DNA of 64,000 nucleotides from a candidate division FCPU426 bacterium (GCA_963719085.1 CAVRAL010000004.1:768001-832000); one strand, 5' to 3'. Numbered from the stretch's first letter, positions 11,407-21,537 are shown. Program-made: numbers and translations. Notes: generated by a model not told the origin, from the letters alone.

Positions 11407-11452
11407 AATAAAAAAGCCCCGCGCCGAAAGTTTCGGCCGGGGCTTTTTTATT
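11407..11452 (+). terminator. Rho-independent terminator (bidirectional-type)
   Basis: AATAAAAAAGCCCCG-cgccgaaagtttcggc-CGGGGCTTTTTTATT directly after degP. Confidence 0.85.
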
Positions 11453-11486
11453 GGGTCCGCCATAACTTCAAAGCGAAAGGGATCTG

Positions 11487-11849
11487 ATGGCGAAGTTAAG
11501 TCTTTGGATCATGACGGCGGGTTATGTCTTAATCGGCCTGGCCCATTTTAGCCATACCAGCGATTTTGTCAAAATTGTCCCGCCTTATCTGCCCTTCCAC
11601 GCCGCGCTGGTCTATATCAGCGGATTTCTCGAGATAAGCTTGGGCCTCGCCGCTCTTTTTAAATCCACCCGCCGGCCCGCCTGCTACGGGATCATCGCCC
11701 TTCTTTTGGCGGTCCTGCCCGCGAATATTTATATGCTCACGTCTTATGTGCCCGGTTCTTCCATTGCCCGTTGGATTTTAGCGCTTCGGATTCCTTTTCA
11801 AGCGGTTCTCATACTTTGGGCCTATGGGAATAGCCGGATCCGGGAATAA
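11487..11849 (+). CDS. DoxX-like membrane protein
   Basis: GLAHF...IVPPYLP...LVYISGFLEI...PANIYM...RIPFQ pattern. Confidence 0.8.
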   Translation: MAKLSLWIMTAGYVLIGLAHFSHTSDFVKIVPPYLPFHAALVYISGFLEISLGLAALFKSTRRPACYGIIALLLAVLPANIYMLTSYVPGSSIARWILALRIPFQAVLILWAYGNSRIRE

Positions 11850-11850
11850 A

Positions 11851-11883
11851 AAATCCCCGGGCGAAAAACTCACCCGGGGATTT
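11851..11883. terminator. Hairpin terminator between convergent genes
   Basis: AAATCCCCGGG-cgaaaaactca-CCCGGGGATTT. Confidence 0.7.
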
Positions 11884-11908
11884 AAAGCCGACTCTAATTT
11901 TAAAAAAT

Positions 11909-13198
11909 TTAGGTGTTGTTTCCCGCCGCTTTCGAAGGCGTTCCGGAATCGGGCTGATCATCGTCATCGGCCGCCAAATCAGTTCCCTGTTCATCGAAAT
12001 TCTTAACACTGCCATCCGTAAAGGTCACCGTGACTTGCTCGCTGCCGTCGCTGGCGGCGTTAAACGCGACCGATTTGGCGTTGGAGCCTAAAAAAACCGC
12101 CTTGAATTTGGGAGGGTTCGCCGTGTCGCTCAAGATGGCGTCGTTGCTGTCGCCGAAAATCTTGACCACACAGGTTCCATCCGGGCTTTTGTATAAACCC
12201 TTTTGAACGATGGGTCCGGTGCTGGCCGCCGGATTGCCGGCCGGACTGCCCGGGGCCGCCGCCGAGTCGGTCGGAGCCGCCGGCGCTGGAGCGGCGCTGG
12301 TATCCGTATTCACGGCGTTGTAATCCCCGTTCTCGTAAACATAAACGATCGTGGTGTTATCCGGATCGTTCCACCACCAGCCGCCGTCATGCCAATAGCA
12401 CCAACGGCTGTAGCTCGGGTCGTACCACCACCAATTGCCCCAGTAATAACGGGTCCAAAAACAGGAGTCGCCCACATACCAGCCGTACCAGTGGTATCCC
12501 CAAGGATCGTAATAGTGGCAATAGTTGTAGCCGTTATAGGTGTGCCAATAATAAAAATTGGCCCGGGTTTCGGTTTGGTTATAGCCGTTGATCCGGTTCA
12601 TTTCGAGGGTGTTGGCCCGGAGGGAAGCCATGTGTTGTTGAACCACCGCGGATCCGATTTGGGTTCGAACCATCACATGGGCGGAAAGCGCCAAGCCATT
12701 CGGCCCGGTGCGGGGCAAACTGATGGTGGAATGGCCCCGGTTGGAAGTGACATATTGATAACGGTGGGTCCAAGGCTGGGGAACGCTGTGGATCCCCATG
12801 CTTTTAAAGCGGCCCGGAACGGCGACATGCGCCGACCTTGTGTATGAAAAATGAGAGGGGTTATAAGCGTCCGCCCGGGCCCGGTTCACATGGGGTGTCC
12901 GGGTGAAGCCAGAGCCGTTCGAGCGCCCAGAATTATAAGCATGATAATTGGAACCGCTCGAATTCCGATTGCCCCGGTGGTTATAGGTTCTTTGGCTTCC
13001 GCCCGTTGATTGGGAATGATGGCCTCCGTCGTTCCAGGAACCACCGCCGCCATTGTCCCTGTTAGAACCGTGATCGCCATCACGGCTCCCTCCGCCGGAA
13101 TTTCCGCCCTGATCCAGCCTATCCGCGGAAGCGCCTTGCGCTAAAAACCAACATAAAGCGAAAGCCAACACCCAAAATTTATTCATTAGCCACCTCAT
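11909..13198 (-). CDS. Secreted protein with Gly/Ser/Asn-rich N-terminal region and Trp/Tyr/His-rich repeat domain
   Basis: Signal peptide; low-complexity G/S/N/H segment; YYWH/WYGWY/WWWY repeats; Ala/Pro linker; small C-terminal domain. Confidence 0.75.
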   Translation of the reverse strand: MRWLMNKFWVLAFALCWFLAQGASADRLDQGGNSGGGSRDGDHGSNRDNGGGGSWNDGGHHSQSTGGSQRTYNHRGNRNSSGSNYHAYNSGRSNGSGFTRTPHVNRARADAYNPSHFSYTRSAHVAVPGRFKSMGIHSVPQPWTHRYQYVTSNRGHSTISLPRTGPNGLALSAHVMVRTQIGSAVVQQHMASLRANTLEMNRINGYNQTETRANFYYWHTYNGYNYCHYYDPWGYHWYGWYVGDSCFWTRYYWGNWWWYDPSYSRWCYWHDGGWWWNDPDNTTIVYVYENGDYNAVNTDTSAAPAPAAPTDSAAAPGSPAGNPAASTGPIVQKGLYKSPDGTCVVKIFGDSNDAILSDTANPPKFKAVFLGSNAKSVAFNAASDGSEQVTVTFTDGSVKNFDEQGTDLAADDDDQPDSGTPSKAAGNNT

Positions 13199-13248
13199 TT
13201 TTACCCTTTTTCTAAAGTCGGGACAGCGCTATTTACATTCCATTATAT

Positions 13249-13276
13249 AAGACGCAGAAGCCGGGAGGCCGGTTTC
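13249..13276 (-). promoter_or_regulatory. ECF-sigma-type promoter
   Basis: Minus strand GAAACC-N16-CGTCTT about 50 bp upstream of the 13198 start; matches the AAC/CGT ECF promoter pattern. Confidence 0.55.
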
Positions 13277-13300
13277 GAAAAACAGGTGAATCTCCCGAAA

Positions 13301-14554
13301 TTAGCCTAAAATCGAGCGGTTACGGCCCTTTTCTTTGGCTTGGTAAAGGCATTGATCGGCCCATGTGAGCACCTCCACATAAGTGGGGTGTTTCTTATCG
13401 GGGCAAGCCAGGCCGATACTTAAGGTGATCTGGGCGTCTTTGACTAAATTTTTTTCGCCCGTGTTGGAGGCGCCGGCGCCTTTTTGGCGAAGTTTTTTGC
13501 GGATAACGAATTTCCGTTTTTCCAGTTTCTCCCGCATCACCTCAATCAGGGCCTGGGCCTCGGATCCTTCGGTGTCCTCGAAAACCGCGCAAAATTCCTC
13601 GCCGCCATAACGAAAGGCCCGGAACCCCAAGTGTTCCTGCAGGTGTTGGGCCACCATGCGAAGCACATTGTCGCCTTCCTCGTGGCCGTAGGTATCGTTG
13701 AATTTTTTAAAGTGGTCGATGTCCATCATGGCCAGGGTGAAACGGCCGGTCAGGGTGTGCAGGCGGTCGTCCAGGGCTTGGCGGTTGGGGATCCCCGTCA
13801 AAGGGTCCAGATAGACCCGGTTCCAATGAATATAAAAGGCGGAATGGAGTAAAACCGCGGTGATGGCCAGAAACGAAAGGATGATCGGCACCAAAGGCAG
13901 GGGCGCGAAAGGATTTAAATAGGCCTCCAAACTTTGGTTCAGCGCGAAGGCGAAAGCCAGAAGGCATAAATTCAAAGCGCCCAGGAAAAGCCGGGTTTTG
14001 GGTTCTTTCCAATAAGAGTAAATTCCCACAAGAGCGAAAGCCGAAAGCCAGGCCAATTGGGGAATCCGAAACCAATGGCTGGGGGCGCCTAAGTCCCAAT
14101 AAAGCAAGGCTTGGAATCCCGCCGGGTCCACGGATAGAAGCGAGGCGAGAAAGGCCAGGGGCAAAAAAGCCAGGAGAAATCGAAAAAGGGTTTCGGAGCT
14201 AAAGAGCCGGCTTTCCTTGAATGAAAAAAGAAGGCACAAGGATAAGGGAAAGGTCACCCCCGCGATTTCCAGGCAGCGCACCGGGGAGAGTCCCAAGCCT
14301 TGAAAAAAGCTGGGTTGACGGAAAAGAAAATAAACGCCCATCGTCCAAAGCGCGGCCGCCAGGATGCGGGTTTGGTTCAGTTGAAGCCCCAAAAATCCCA
14401 CCAAAGCCAGCCCCCAATAGGGCATCCAAGCCAGGAAGGTATCGGTATTTCTCACCGAGATAAGCCCCGGCACCAGCCAGGGGAGCCAATTGTTTAAAAA
14501 GGGGATGAGCAAGACGAAAAGATAAAGGCCGTAGGTTTTGAAAGGCGTGGTCAC
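13301..14554 (-). CDS. Membrane-bound diguanylate cyclase (GGDEF)
   Basis: Multi-TM N-terminus; DPLTGIPNR, DIDHFKKFNDTYGH, RYGGEEF, LYQAKEKGRN; no RxxD I-site. Confidence 0.93.
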   Translation of the reverse strand: MTTPFKTYGLYLFVLLIPFLNNWLPWLVPGLISVRNTDTFLAWMPYWGLALVGFLGLQLNQTRILAAALWTMGVYFLFRQPSFFQGLGLSPVRCLEIAGVTFPLSLCLLFSFKESRLFSSETLFRFLLAFLPLAFLASLLSVDPAGFQALLYWDLGAPSHWFRIPQLAWLSAFALVGIYSYWKEPKTRLFLGALNLCLLAFAFALNQSLEAYLNPFAPLPLVPIILSFLAITAVLLHSAFYIHWNRVYLDPLTGIPNRQALDDRLHTLTGRFTLAMMDIDHFKKFNDTYGHEEGDNVLRMVAQHLQEHLGFRAFRYGGEEFCAVFEDTEGSEAQALIEVMREKLEKRKFVIRKKLRQKGAGASNTGEKNLVKDAQITLSIGLACPDKKHPTYVEVLTWADQCLYQAKEKGRNRSILG

Positions 14555-14741
14555 GAGGATTTCCTAATCGTTGAGAAATTCATCTCCGATTTCTATTTTG
14601 CAAACGAAAGGGATGAATTGCCAATAAAATTTGAGGTCTTTTCGAAAAGACGCCCAAAAGTCGAATGCCGTTGGAATGAACGGCGATATATAATGCAAAA
14701 AGCGTAAGAGCGGCTTCCAAGCCAAACCTTAGGAACTCCTT

Positions 14742-15488
14742 TTGAACCAAGCCAACTATCCGCGGCACGAATTGCCGATTTTGATGTATCACCGCTTGGT
14801 CATCCAGGCGCCTGATGACAACAAATTCGACCTATGCGTCACCGCGGAAGACTTCGAAAAACAAATCCTTTGGTTGAAAGCCTGGGGGTTCACGCCGGTG
14901 ACCTTTGGGGACTTGGTGGAAAAACCCATCCCGTCCAAACCGATCATCCTCACCTTTGACGACGGTTATGAGGATAATTATCTCAACCTTTTTCCCCTCT
15001 TGAAAAAACACCAGGTCAAGGTCGCGGCTTATATTTTGGGGGACCGCTCCATCCGGCGCAACGAATGGGATATTCCCAAAGGCGGGATCGAGGTGCGGCT
15101 TTTAAACGACGCCCAAGTCTTAGAGATGGCCGCGAGCGGCTTGGTTGAGTTTGGGGCCCATTCCATGACCCATCAAAGACTGACGGAGGCTTCGCCGTGG
15201 GAAGTGAAAAGCCAAGTCGAAGACTCCAAAAAGTCCCTGGAAAGCCTTTTAGGCAAACCCCTTTTGTCTTTCGCTTACCCCTACGGGAGCCTGAATGAGG
15301 GCGTTAAACAAGCCGTCCGGGAAGCGGGATTTAGCTTCGGGATCGCCGTGGGAACCGGCCCCGCGCGCTTTTCGGCGGACCTTTTTGAGATTCGCCGGAT
15401 ACCCGTGCCGCCCACGATTTCCAAGTGGGATTTGTTCAGGAAGACCAGCGGTTTTTATCTGCGGTATCGTAAAATCTTTCATCCATGA
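14742..15488 (+). CDS. Polysaccharide deacetylase family protein
   Basis: PILMYH, LTFDDGY, FGAHSMTH, FAYPYG. Confidence 0.9.
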   Translation: MNQANYPRHELPILMYHRLVIQAPDDNKFDLCVTAEDFEKQILWLKAWGFTPVTFGDLVEKPIPSKPIILTFDDGYEDNYLNLFPLLKKHQVKVAAYILGDRSIRRNEWDIPKGGIEVRLLNDAQVLEMAASGLVEFGAHSMTHQRLTEASPWEVKSQVEDSKKSLESLLGKPLLSFAYPYGSLNEGVKQAVREAGFSFGIAVGTGPARFSADLFEIRRIPVPPTISKWDLFRKTSGFYLRYRKIFHP

Positions 15489-16288
15489 AAGCGGCCATGA
15501 AAAAACAAATCCCCACCCTGTCCGTCGCCATCATCACTTTGAACGAGCAAAAAAACATCGCCCGGTGTTTGGAGAGCCTGAGTTTTTCCGGCCGGGGGGT
15601 TCGTCTTTTGGAGGTCGTGGTGGTGGATGCCCAGAGCGGGGACCAAACCACGTCGGTGGCCCGAAAAAAAGGCGCGAAGGTTTTTACGCGGGCTTGGAAA
15701 GGTTATGGAAACCAAAAAAATTGGGCTTTGGACCAATGCCGAGGGGATTGGCTTTTATCGCTCGACGCCGATGAGGAACTGACCCCCGCGCTGATTTTGG
15801 AGATGGAGGCCCTGGTTCCGGCGGTCCCTCAAGATGTGAACGGTTATTACATAAAGCGCCGGGCTTTTTTCCTCGGCAAATGGATCCGGCATTGCGGTTG
15901 GTGGCCCGATTCCCAGCTTCGCCTCATCCGCCGGGGAAGCGGCCGCTTTAGCCTGGATCCGGTGCACGAGGGTTTGAGCGTGAAGGGGCCCACGCCCGAG
16001 CTGAGGGAACCCATGAACCATTACACCTATGACTCGATCCATCAGTATTTGGACAAGATGAACCGTTATTCGGGCTTGGCGGTCCTAAATGTTAAAAAGA
16101 AAAAGAAAATTTTCTGGGTCTATTACCTGACCTTGGCCCCTGTTTTTACTTTTATCCGTATGTTTGTATCCCGCCGCGGTTTTTTGGATGGTTGGCACGG
16201 ATTCGTGGTTTGCGGCCTGTCGGCCTTTCACGATTTCGCCAAATACGCCAAGCTTTGGGAAAAAGAGGTTTTAAAACGTCATGGATGA
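15485..16288 (+). CDS. Glycosyltransferase family 2 (WaaE/KdtX-like)
   Basis: SVAIITLNE, VVVDAQSGD, GYGNQKN, LDADE, VHE, GFLDG. Confidence 0.9.
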   Translation: MKAAMKKQIPTLSVAIITLNEQKNIARCLESLSFSGRGVRLLEVVVVDAQSGDQTTSVARKKGAKVFTRAWKGYGNQKNWALDQCRGDWLLSLDADEELTPALILEMEALVPAVPQDVNGYYIKRRAFFLGKWIRHCGWWPDSQLRLIRRGSGRFSLDPVHEGLSVKGPTPELREPMNHYTYDSIHQYLDKMNRYSGLAVLNVKKKKKIFWVYYLTLAPVFTFIRMFVSRRGFLDGWHGFVVCGLSAFHDFAKYAKLWEKEVLKRHG

Positions 16289-16595
16289 AGTTAAAGAGAT
16301 AGAACTCGAGGAAGGCAAGGCCCGGCTCGAGTCCGGCGCGGCTGTTTTCGTGGATGTGCGGGACGCGGGCTCTTTCCGCGAGGCCCACATTCCGGGAGCG
16401 CTCCATTTAAACGACCAAACGGTGGAAGCCTTCGTGGCCAAAGCCGATAAACAAAAACCCGTGGTGGTTTACTGCTACCACGGCCATACCAGCCTGGGCG
16501 GAGCGGCTTATTTGATGGAAAATGGTTTTACCGACGTGGTGAGCCTCAAGGGCGGGTTTGAGCTTTGGCGCCAAACCGGAAAAACCGAAAGCTGA
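16281..16595 (+). CDS. glpE: Thiosulfate sulfurtransferase / single-domain rhodanese
   Basis: VDVRD...HIPGA...YCYHGHTS...SLKGGF. Confidence 0.85.
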   Translation: MDEVKEIELEEGKARLESGAAVFVDVRDAGSFREAHIPGALHLNDQTVEAFVAKADKQKPVVVYCYHGHTSLGGAAYLMENGFTDVVSLKGGFELWRQTGKTES

Positions 16596-16607
16596 AGAAT
16601 TTTTTTT

Positions 16608-16734
16608 ACCACAAAGTACACGAAGTTAAAAATATTTTTATATTCAAAAATAAAACTCAGCATCACTTCGTGTACTCGCCCCACATTAACTTCTCGTAAC
16701 GGGCGCGCCCTTGGGCGTATGTGAACTTTGCGGT
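16608..16734. repeat. Intergenic inverted-repeat element (9-mer arms, type C) with insertion in right arm
   Basis: ACCACAAAGTACACGAAGT ... ACTTCGTGTACT[~44 nt]GTGAACTTTGCGGT with an AT-rich loop. Confidence 0.75.
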
Positions 16735-16765
16735 GAAATTTTTAAAGCCTTTTAGGGAGGGGAAA

Positions 16766-17248
16766 ATGGGCGTCTGGGATAAGCCTTACCAATATTGGCT
16801 CATGAAGGCCGAGCCCGATGTGTATCCCATCGAGCAATGGAAAAAGGACAAGGTCACCTTTTGGGACGGCGTGCGCAACTATACCGCCCGTAATTTCATG
16901 CGGGACCGGATGAAAAAGGGCCAGGGAATGCTTTTTTATTACTCCGGCGGCAAACCCAGCGGCATCGCGGGCGTGGGAGAGATCGTGAAGGAAGGCTACC
17001 CGGACCCTTCGGCCTTTGACCCGAAGGACATTCATTTTGACGAGAAAAGCGACCCGGCCAAGCCCACCTGGTACTGCGTGGACGTGAAGTTCGTGAAAGC
17101 CTGCAAAGAAGTCATTTCCCTGGAATTCCTCAAAAAACAGGCGCCGCTCAAGGAGATGGCTCTCTTCAAATATTCCCGCCTGTCGGTACAGCCGGTCACT
17201 GAAAAAGAATGGAAGTTTATCCAGGGACTCATCGACGCGCAAAAGTAA
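16766..17248 (+). CDS. EVE domain-containing protein
   Basis: YWLMKAEPDVY, WDGVRNYTARNFMRD, SRLSVQPVT; ATG 16766 after GGAGGGG. Confidence 0.92.
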   Translation: MGVWDKPYQYWLMKAEPDVYPIEQWKKDKVTFWDGVRNYTARNFMRDRMKKGQGMLFYYSGGKPSGIAGVGEIVKEGYPDPSAFDPKDIHFDEKSDPAKPTWYCVDVKFVKACKEVISLEFLKKQAPLKEMALFKYSRLSVQPVTEKEWKFIQGLIDAQK

Positions 17249-17348
17249 TTTAGCAGGATAAAATATTCGAGGTCATCCCCAAATTCCCTCGGAATTTTAG
17301 GGATAGACAAGCTGTTTTGCAGCGCTGTTTTGGTTTTTCGTCAGCCTG

Positions 17349-17633
17349 CTACAGGCCCTTGGGATTGTCCTTGGTGGTGATGCTGACTTGGTAGGTTCTT
17401 GTCTCCAGGCTCACTTTACAAAGCACGATAAAAGGATGGCCCAGGCCCCACAGTTTCTTCAACTCGGGCGATTCCTTCATGAGTTCCTGGATGTATTTAT
17501 CCAAAATATCCTGGGCGTGCTGGCGGGCCGTTTCCAAACTGCGGTTGTTGGGGCGCATGTGGCCGAAGTGTTTTTCCACGCTTTGCTGAAGAATCCTCGT
17601 CAGCTGGCTGACAATCCGAATATTGGGTTCCAT
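17349..17633 (-). CDS. Hypothetical protein
   Basis: 94-aa ORF filling an otherwise empty gap, preceded by GGAAAGG; no recognisable motif. Confidence 0.55.
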   Translation of the reverse strand: MEPNIRIVSQLTRILQQSVEKHFGHMRPNNRSLETARQHAQDILDKYIQELMKESPELKKLWGLGHPFIVLCKVSLETRTYQVSITTKDNPKGL

Positions 17634-17694
17634 CGGGCAGGCCTTTCCAAGGAATTCCGCGGGTTCAATTATACCGGGAGCTCCCCGGTGTGAT

Positions 17695-19356
17695 TCAACG
17701 GCCCGTTTTTATTTCATCCGGGTAAAGGGTTCCGGCGGTCCGAATGCTGGGAATCGCCGGTGAGGGATCGGGGGCCACAATTCCCGGAATCTCCCAGTAA
17801 AACCAAGTGTCGCCGACTTGCCCCGTGGGCGGCAAGGCGCTCATCCAACTTTGGGCCAAGGGTTCCAAATCCGGATAAAAGACCGGGCCTAATTGCAGGA
17901 AGCTCGCGTTGACCACATAGACCCGGCCGGGTTGGGGTTGGGCTAAGTCCCGCTTCGTCCAAGGCTCCGCTTTTAATCCATAAAGCGAAAGATCCGTTCC
18001 ACCGCATTGAGCGGCTTTGACTTGGCCCCAGTCCCTCTGGACGGCGGTTTGGGCCAGTCTTTTTTCATCCTGTCCCCAGTCCAGGTTTGAGTCGGCCAGA
18101 CAATCAATCTTTTTTTGCGGCGGAACGAGGTCGTTGAAATAGCTCAGAAGATCGGCGTGGTTTAACAGCGTGGTTCCCGAATGCCAAACCAAAAGCGCGG
18201 CGACCAAAATTTTACCCATCTTTGGGGCGGACCGAAGCTTGAAAGTCCAAAGCCAGAGGGCCGCTTGGGCCGCCATCCATAGGATAAAAGGATAGGCCGG
18301 CAAAAGATAACGAACGCCCAAATTTTGGACCGGCAGGATCGCGATAAAAAAGACGACCGCCGGAAGCCAAACCCAATGGGGGATCAGGATTTTTTTCCGC
18401 GCGGCAAGCCCCAGCGCCAGTAGAAATAAAATTAGAAGCGGCGCGGTGCTTTTTAAAAGAAAGGCCAGGGGATAGTAAAGCCAGTGGGAATGGCGCCCCG
18501 CCTCCCCGAGAAAGTAAACGGGATGATAGGCGCCCGTTTGGGCCAGGATGGCCGCCAGTCCCTCTTTTAAATAGGCCCAAGGCAGAAGCGGCGGTTTGGA
18601 AAAAAAACTGTTGGGCAGGTATAAAAGGCCGGTCCAAACGAGAAAAGCGAAAGCGCCCCAGGCCCAGGCCTTGGTTTTTACGGCCCAAGTCTTGGGGGTC
18701 CGGGGACGGGTTAAAAATTCCAAAAGCGCGAAGGCGGGAATCAACGCGAGGGCCGAAAACTTACAGGTGACGGCCATCGCGGTTAGGACCCCGACCAAAA
18801 TATTTTGTTTCCAGCCCGGCGACCTCAAGTATTTTTGAAAGGCCGCGACCGCCGCTAAAACAAAAAAAGTAACAGGCGTGTCGGCGACCGAAAGCCCGGC
18901 GAAGGCCAAAAGGGTGGGCTCAAAAGCCCAAAGGACCATCACCGCCATTCTTTGAACCCGCGGGGCGCCGCGGGTCAATTGGAACAAGAGAATGCCGATC
19001 CCCAGGCCAAAAGCCAGGCTGACGAACCGCGCGGCGTGAAGCATTCCCTCGAACTTATCCCGATTTAGAACAAAGAAAAAGTCGTAAGCCCGCGTGATGA
19101 AGTTATTTACCCCCGGGTCCAATGCTTGCCTTAAGGGCATCAGCCGCAGGGGGAGCGCCTGCAGGGCCCGGGCGAAAGGCGGATGGCCGATATCCGAAAG
19201 GGCGTCTCCCTGCCAGTAAAAATAGCCGCCGGTAATTTCGCCCGGCTCATCGGCGGTGGGGGAATTCTCGAATAGATTGGGAACGACTTGCGCCGCGAAT
19301 AGGAACAGAAATAAAAAAAGCCAGGGGAGTCCCAGCCGGGGTGAAGAGGATCGCAT
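17695..19356 (-). CDS. GT-C membrane glycosyltransferase (ArnT/PMT, GT39-like)
   Basis: PTADEP...HPP, multiple TM segments, GVRYLLP, ADSNLDWGQD. Confidence 0.85.
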   Translation of the reverse strand: MRSSSPRLGLPWLFLFLFLFAAQVVPNLFENSPTADEPGEITGGYFYWQGDALSDIGHPPFARALQALPLRLMPLRQALDPGVNNFITRAYDFFFVLNRDKFEGMLHAARFVSLAFGLGIGILLFQLTRGAPRVQRMAVMVLWAFEPTLLAFAGLSVADTPVTFFVLAAVAAFQKYLRSPGWKQNILVGVLTAMAVTCKFSALALIPAFALLEFLTRPRTPKTWAVKTKAWAWGAFAFLVWTGLLYLPNSFFSKPPLLPWAYLKEGLAAILAQTGAYHPVYFLGEAGRHSHWLYYPLAFLLKSTAPLLILFLLALGLAARKKILIPHWVWLPAVVFFIAILPVQNLGVRYLLPAYPFILWMAAQAALWLWTFKLRSAPKMGKILVAALLVWHSGTTLLNHADLLSYFNDLVPPQKKIDCLADSNLDWGQDEKRLAQTAVQRDWGQVKAAQCGGTDLSLYGLKAEPWTKRDLAQPQPGRVYVVNASFLQLGPVFYPDLEPLAQSWMSALPPTGQVGDTWFYWEIPGIVAPDPSPAIPSIRTAGTLYPDEIKTGR

Positions 19357-19380
19357 GATTTTATTTTATCAGTTTAAAGC

Positions 19381-20130
19381 TTAAGATTTAAAAGCTTTAA
19401 ACCGCAGACGCACATAGTCGGCGGTCCAAAGTCCGCGCGCGTCGCGAAGGGCGGGCCGGACCGATTCCTGGATTTCTTCTAAAAAAGCCGGGATGGCCGC
19501 GGGTTCCAAGGCGGCCAAATAACCTTTGCGGAAGGTTTGAACCCAATCCCGGATGTCCCCCGGCAAGGGCGTGGGGCGGGCGAAAAGCTCCATTGACCGT
19601 ACTTGAAAACCCCGGCGTTCCAACAGCCGCTTGTATTCCTCGACCGAAGGATAAAAATTGGGGTCGGATACTTTTCCCAAGAGCCCCCGTTTTTCAAGGG
19701 CTTGGCGGGTGGCGGCTTCAATTTGGGCGATATTGCCTTGGCCGCCCATCTCGGCCGCGAACCGTCCCCCCGGTTTCAAGGCCCGCCATACGCCGTCAAT
19801 GACCTTTTCCTTTTCTTTCATCCAATGAAGGGCGGCGTTGCTGAAGACGGCGTCAAACTCATCCTGAAAGGTGAGGGCTTGGCCGTCCATCAAACGGGCA
19901 TCCAAGCCCAAAGCTTGGGCCGAGTGGATAAAATCGGGGCTGGTATCCACGCCCACAACGACGCATCCCAGATCCTTTAGCTTTTGGGTCAAGACCCCGT
20001 CGCCGCACCCCAGGTCCAAAATCCTTTCACCCGGGCGGGGCGACAAAAGATCGATGACGGGCATGCCGAGGTCGGAGACAAACCGCGCGTTCTTTTCGTA
20101 ACTATCGTGGTTCCAGGTTTGAGAGGCCAT
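19381..20130 (-). CDS. Class I SAM-dependent methyltransferase (trans-aconitate MTase-like)
   Basis: ILDLGCGDG, FDAVFSNAALHWM, WTADYVRLRF. Confidence 0.9.
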   Translation of the reverse strand: MASQTWNHDSYEKNARFVSDLGMPVIDLLSPRPGERILDLGCGDGVLTQKLKDLGCVVVGVDTSPDFIHSAQALGLDARLMDGQALTFQDEFDAVFSNAALHWMKEKEKVIDGVWRALKPGGRFAAEMGGQGNIAQIEAATRQALEKRGLLGKVSDPNFYPSVEEYKRLLERRGFQVRSMELFARPTPLPGDIRDWVQTFRKGYLAALEPAAIPAFLEEIQESVRPALRDARGLWTADYVRLRFKAFKS

Positions 20131-20176
20131 CGAAGGAGTCCTTCTTTCTAATTCCTAATTTCAGGCCGATCCCCCA

Positions 20177-20824
20177 TTAGCGGGAAAGCGTGGTTAAAAG
20201 TTCGGCGGGATGGTGAAGGATAATTTTAGCCCCGGCTTTTTGAAGTTCTTCCTCGCTGCCGAAGCCCCAAGTGACCCCTACCGCGTTAATGTTGTTTTCC
20301 CGGGCACCGGCTATGTCTTGTTCCCGATCTCCCACCATAAAAATCGGGACGGTTAATTTTTCTTGATCCAAAACAAATCGAATCAAGTCGGTTTTATGGA
20401 CGTTGGTTCCGTCCAATTCGCTGCCGTGGATGGCCTTGAAAAATCGGTCGAGTTTAAAATGATTTAAAATTTGGCGGGCGTAAATCGAAGGCTTCGAAGT
20501 TGCCACATAAAGATCGAAGACCGGCAGAAGCGATTCCAAACTTTCAACGATCCCCTCGTAAACACGGTTCTCGAAGATTCCGGCCTCCTGGTACCGATGC
20601 CGGTAAAGCGCGAGTGCCCGCTTTCCCAAAACCGGGTCACCACCCACCAATTGGGTGAGGGAAATTTGAAGGGGCGGCCCCACACACCAGCCAAGATCAG
20701 CCGTTTCCCCCAAAGTGACGCCTAATTCTTTTAGGGCGTAACGAATGCAATGGAAAATACCCACTTGGTTGTCCGTGAGGGTTCCGTCCAAATCGAACAG
20801 AATATTCCCGCGTTTTTCACCCAA
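20177..20824 (-). CDS. HAD-superfamily hydrolase (phosphoglycolate phosphatase/nucleotidase-like)
   Basis: LFDLDGTLTD, ATSKP, MVGDREQD, GVTWGFG. Confidence 0.9.
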   Translation of the reverse strand: MGEKRGNILFDLDGTLTDNQVGIFHCIRYALKELGVTLGETADLGWCVGPPLQISLTQLVGGDPVLGKRALALYRHRYQEAGIFENRVYEGIVESLESLLPVFDLYVATSKPSIYARQILNHFKLDRFFKAIHGSELDGTNVHKTDLIRFVLDQEKLTVPIFMVGDREQDIAGARENNINAVGVTWGFGSEEELQKAGAKIILHHPAELLTTLSR

Positions 20825-20845
20825 AAAAAGTTCTTTCTGCGGAGT

Positions 20846-21448
20846 TTAAAACCCGCTCACATAAGGCAGGTTTTTCGCCACCGCGGCGGTTTTGGGGGCG
20901 TTGGCCAAGAGCAGCCCCGTGGAATCCCAGGTGCCGTTGACCAAGGCGTTGCGCTTGGACTCGTGGATCTCGAATTTCAGGTGTTCCTTGCCCTCGCTGA
21001 AAAGAACCTTTTGATCCAAGTCCAGTTTGAACTGGGTCTGGGGCTTTTCCTTGGCCAGGGCCTGAAGTTTTCGCATGTCGGCCTGGCTGACCGTGGCCGT
21101 CGGGATGCCCAGCATGGTGCAGTTGCCCGCGAAAATTTCCGCGAAAGACTCCCCAATGATGGCCCGTACGCCCCAGCGCATGAGCGACTGGGGGGCGTGC
21201 TCGCGGGAAGAGCCGCAGCCAAAATTTTGGTTCACGAAAAGAATATGAGACCCCTGGAATTGCGGCAGGTCAAAGGGATGGCCCTTGGGTTTGCCCTCAG
21301 CGTCAAACCGCTCGTCATAAAAGGGATACCGGCCCATGTTGGTGAAGGTGATTTCTTTCAAGTAGCGGGCTGGAATGATCCGGTCCGTGTCGATATCGTT
21401 GCCTTCCACCGGAACGGCCCGCCCCTCAATTTGATTAATTTTGCTCAT
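20846..21448 (-). CDS. leuD: 3-isopropylmalate dehydratase small subunit
   Basis: DIDTDRIIPARYL, NFGCGSSREHAPQ, SFAEIFAGN. Confidence 0.96.
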   Translation of the reverse strand: MSKINQIEGRAVPVEGNDIDTDRIIPARYLKEITFTNMGRYPFYDERFDAEGKPKGHPFDLPQFQGSHILFVNQNFGCGSSREHAPQSLMRWGVRAIIGESFAEIFAGNCTMLGIPTATVSQADMRKLQALAKEKPQTQFKLDLDQKVLFSEGKEHLKFEIHESKRNALVNGTWDSTGLLLANAPKTAAVAKNLPYVSGF

Positions 21449-21462
21449 TTTAAACCTCTTTC

Positions 21463-21537
21463 ACCGCAAAGGCGCCAAGACGCCAAGGACTTCTTTTTGC
21501 GGATAAATTAAACTTCGCGACTTTGCGTCTTTGCGGT
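21463..21537. repeat. Intergenic inverted-repeat element (8-mer arms, type D) between leuC and leuD
   Basis: ACCGCAAAGGCGCCAAGACGCCAAGG ... CTTCGCGACTTTGCGTCTTTGCGGT. Confidence 0.8.
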
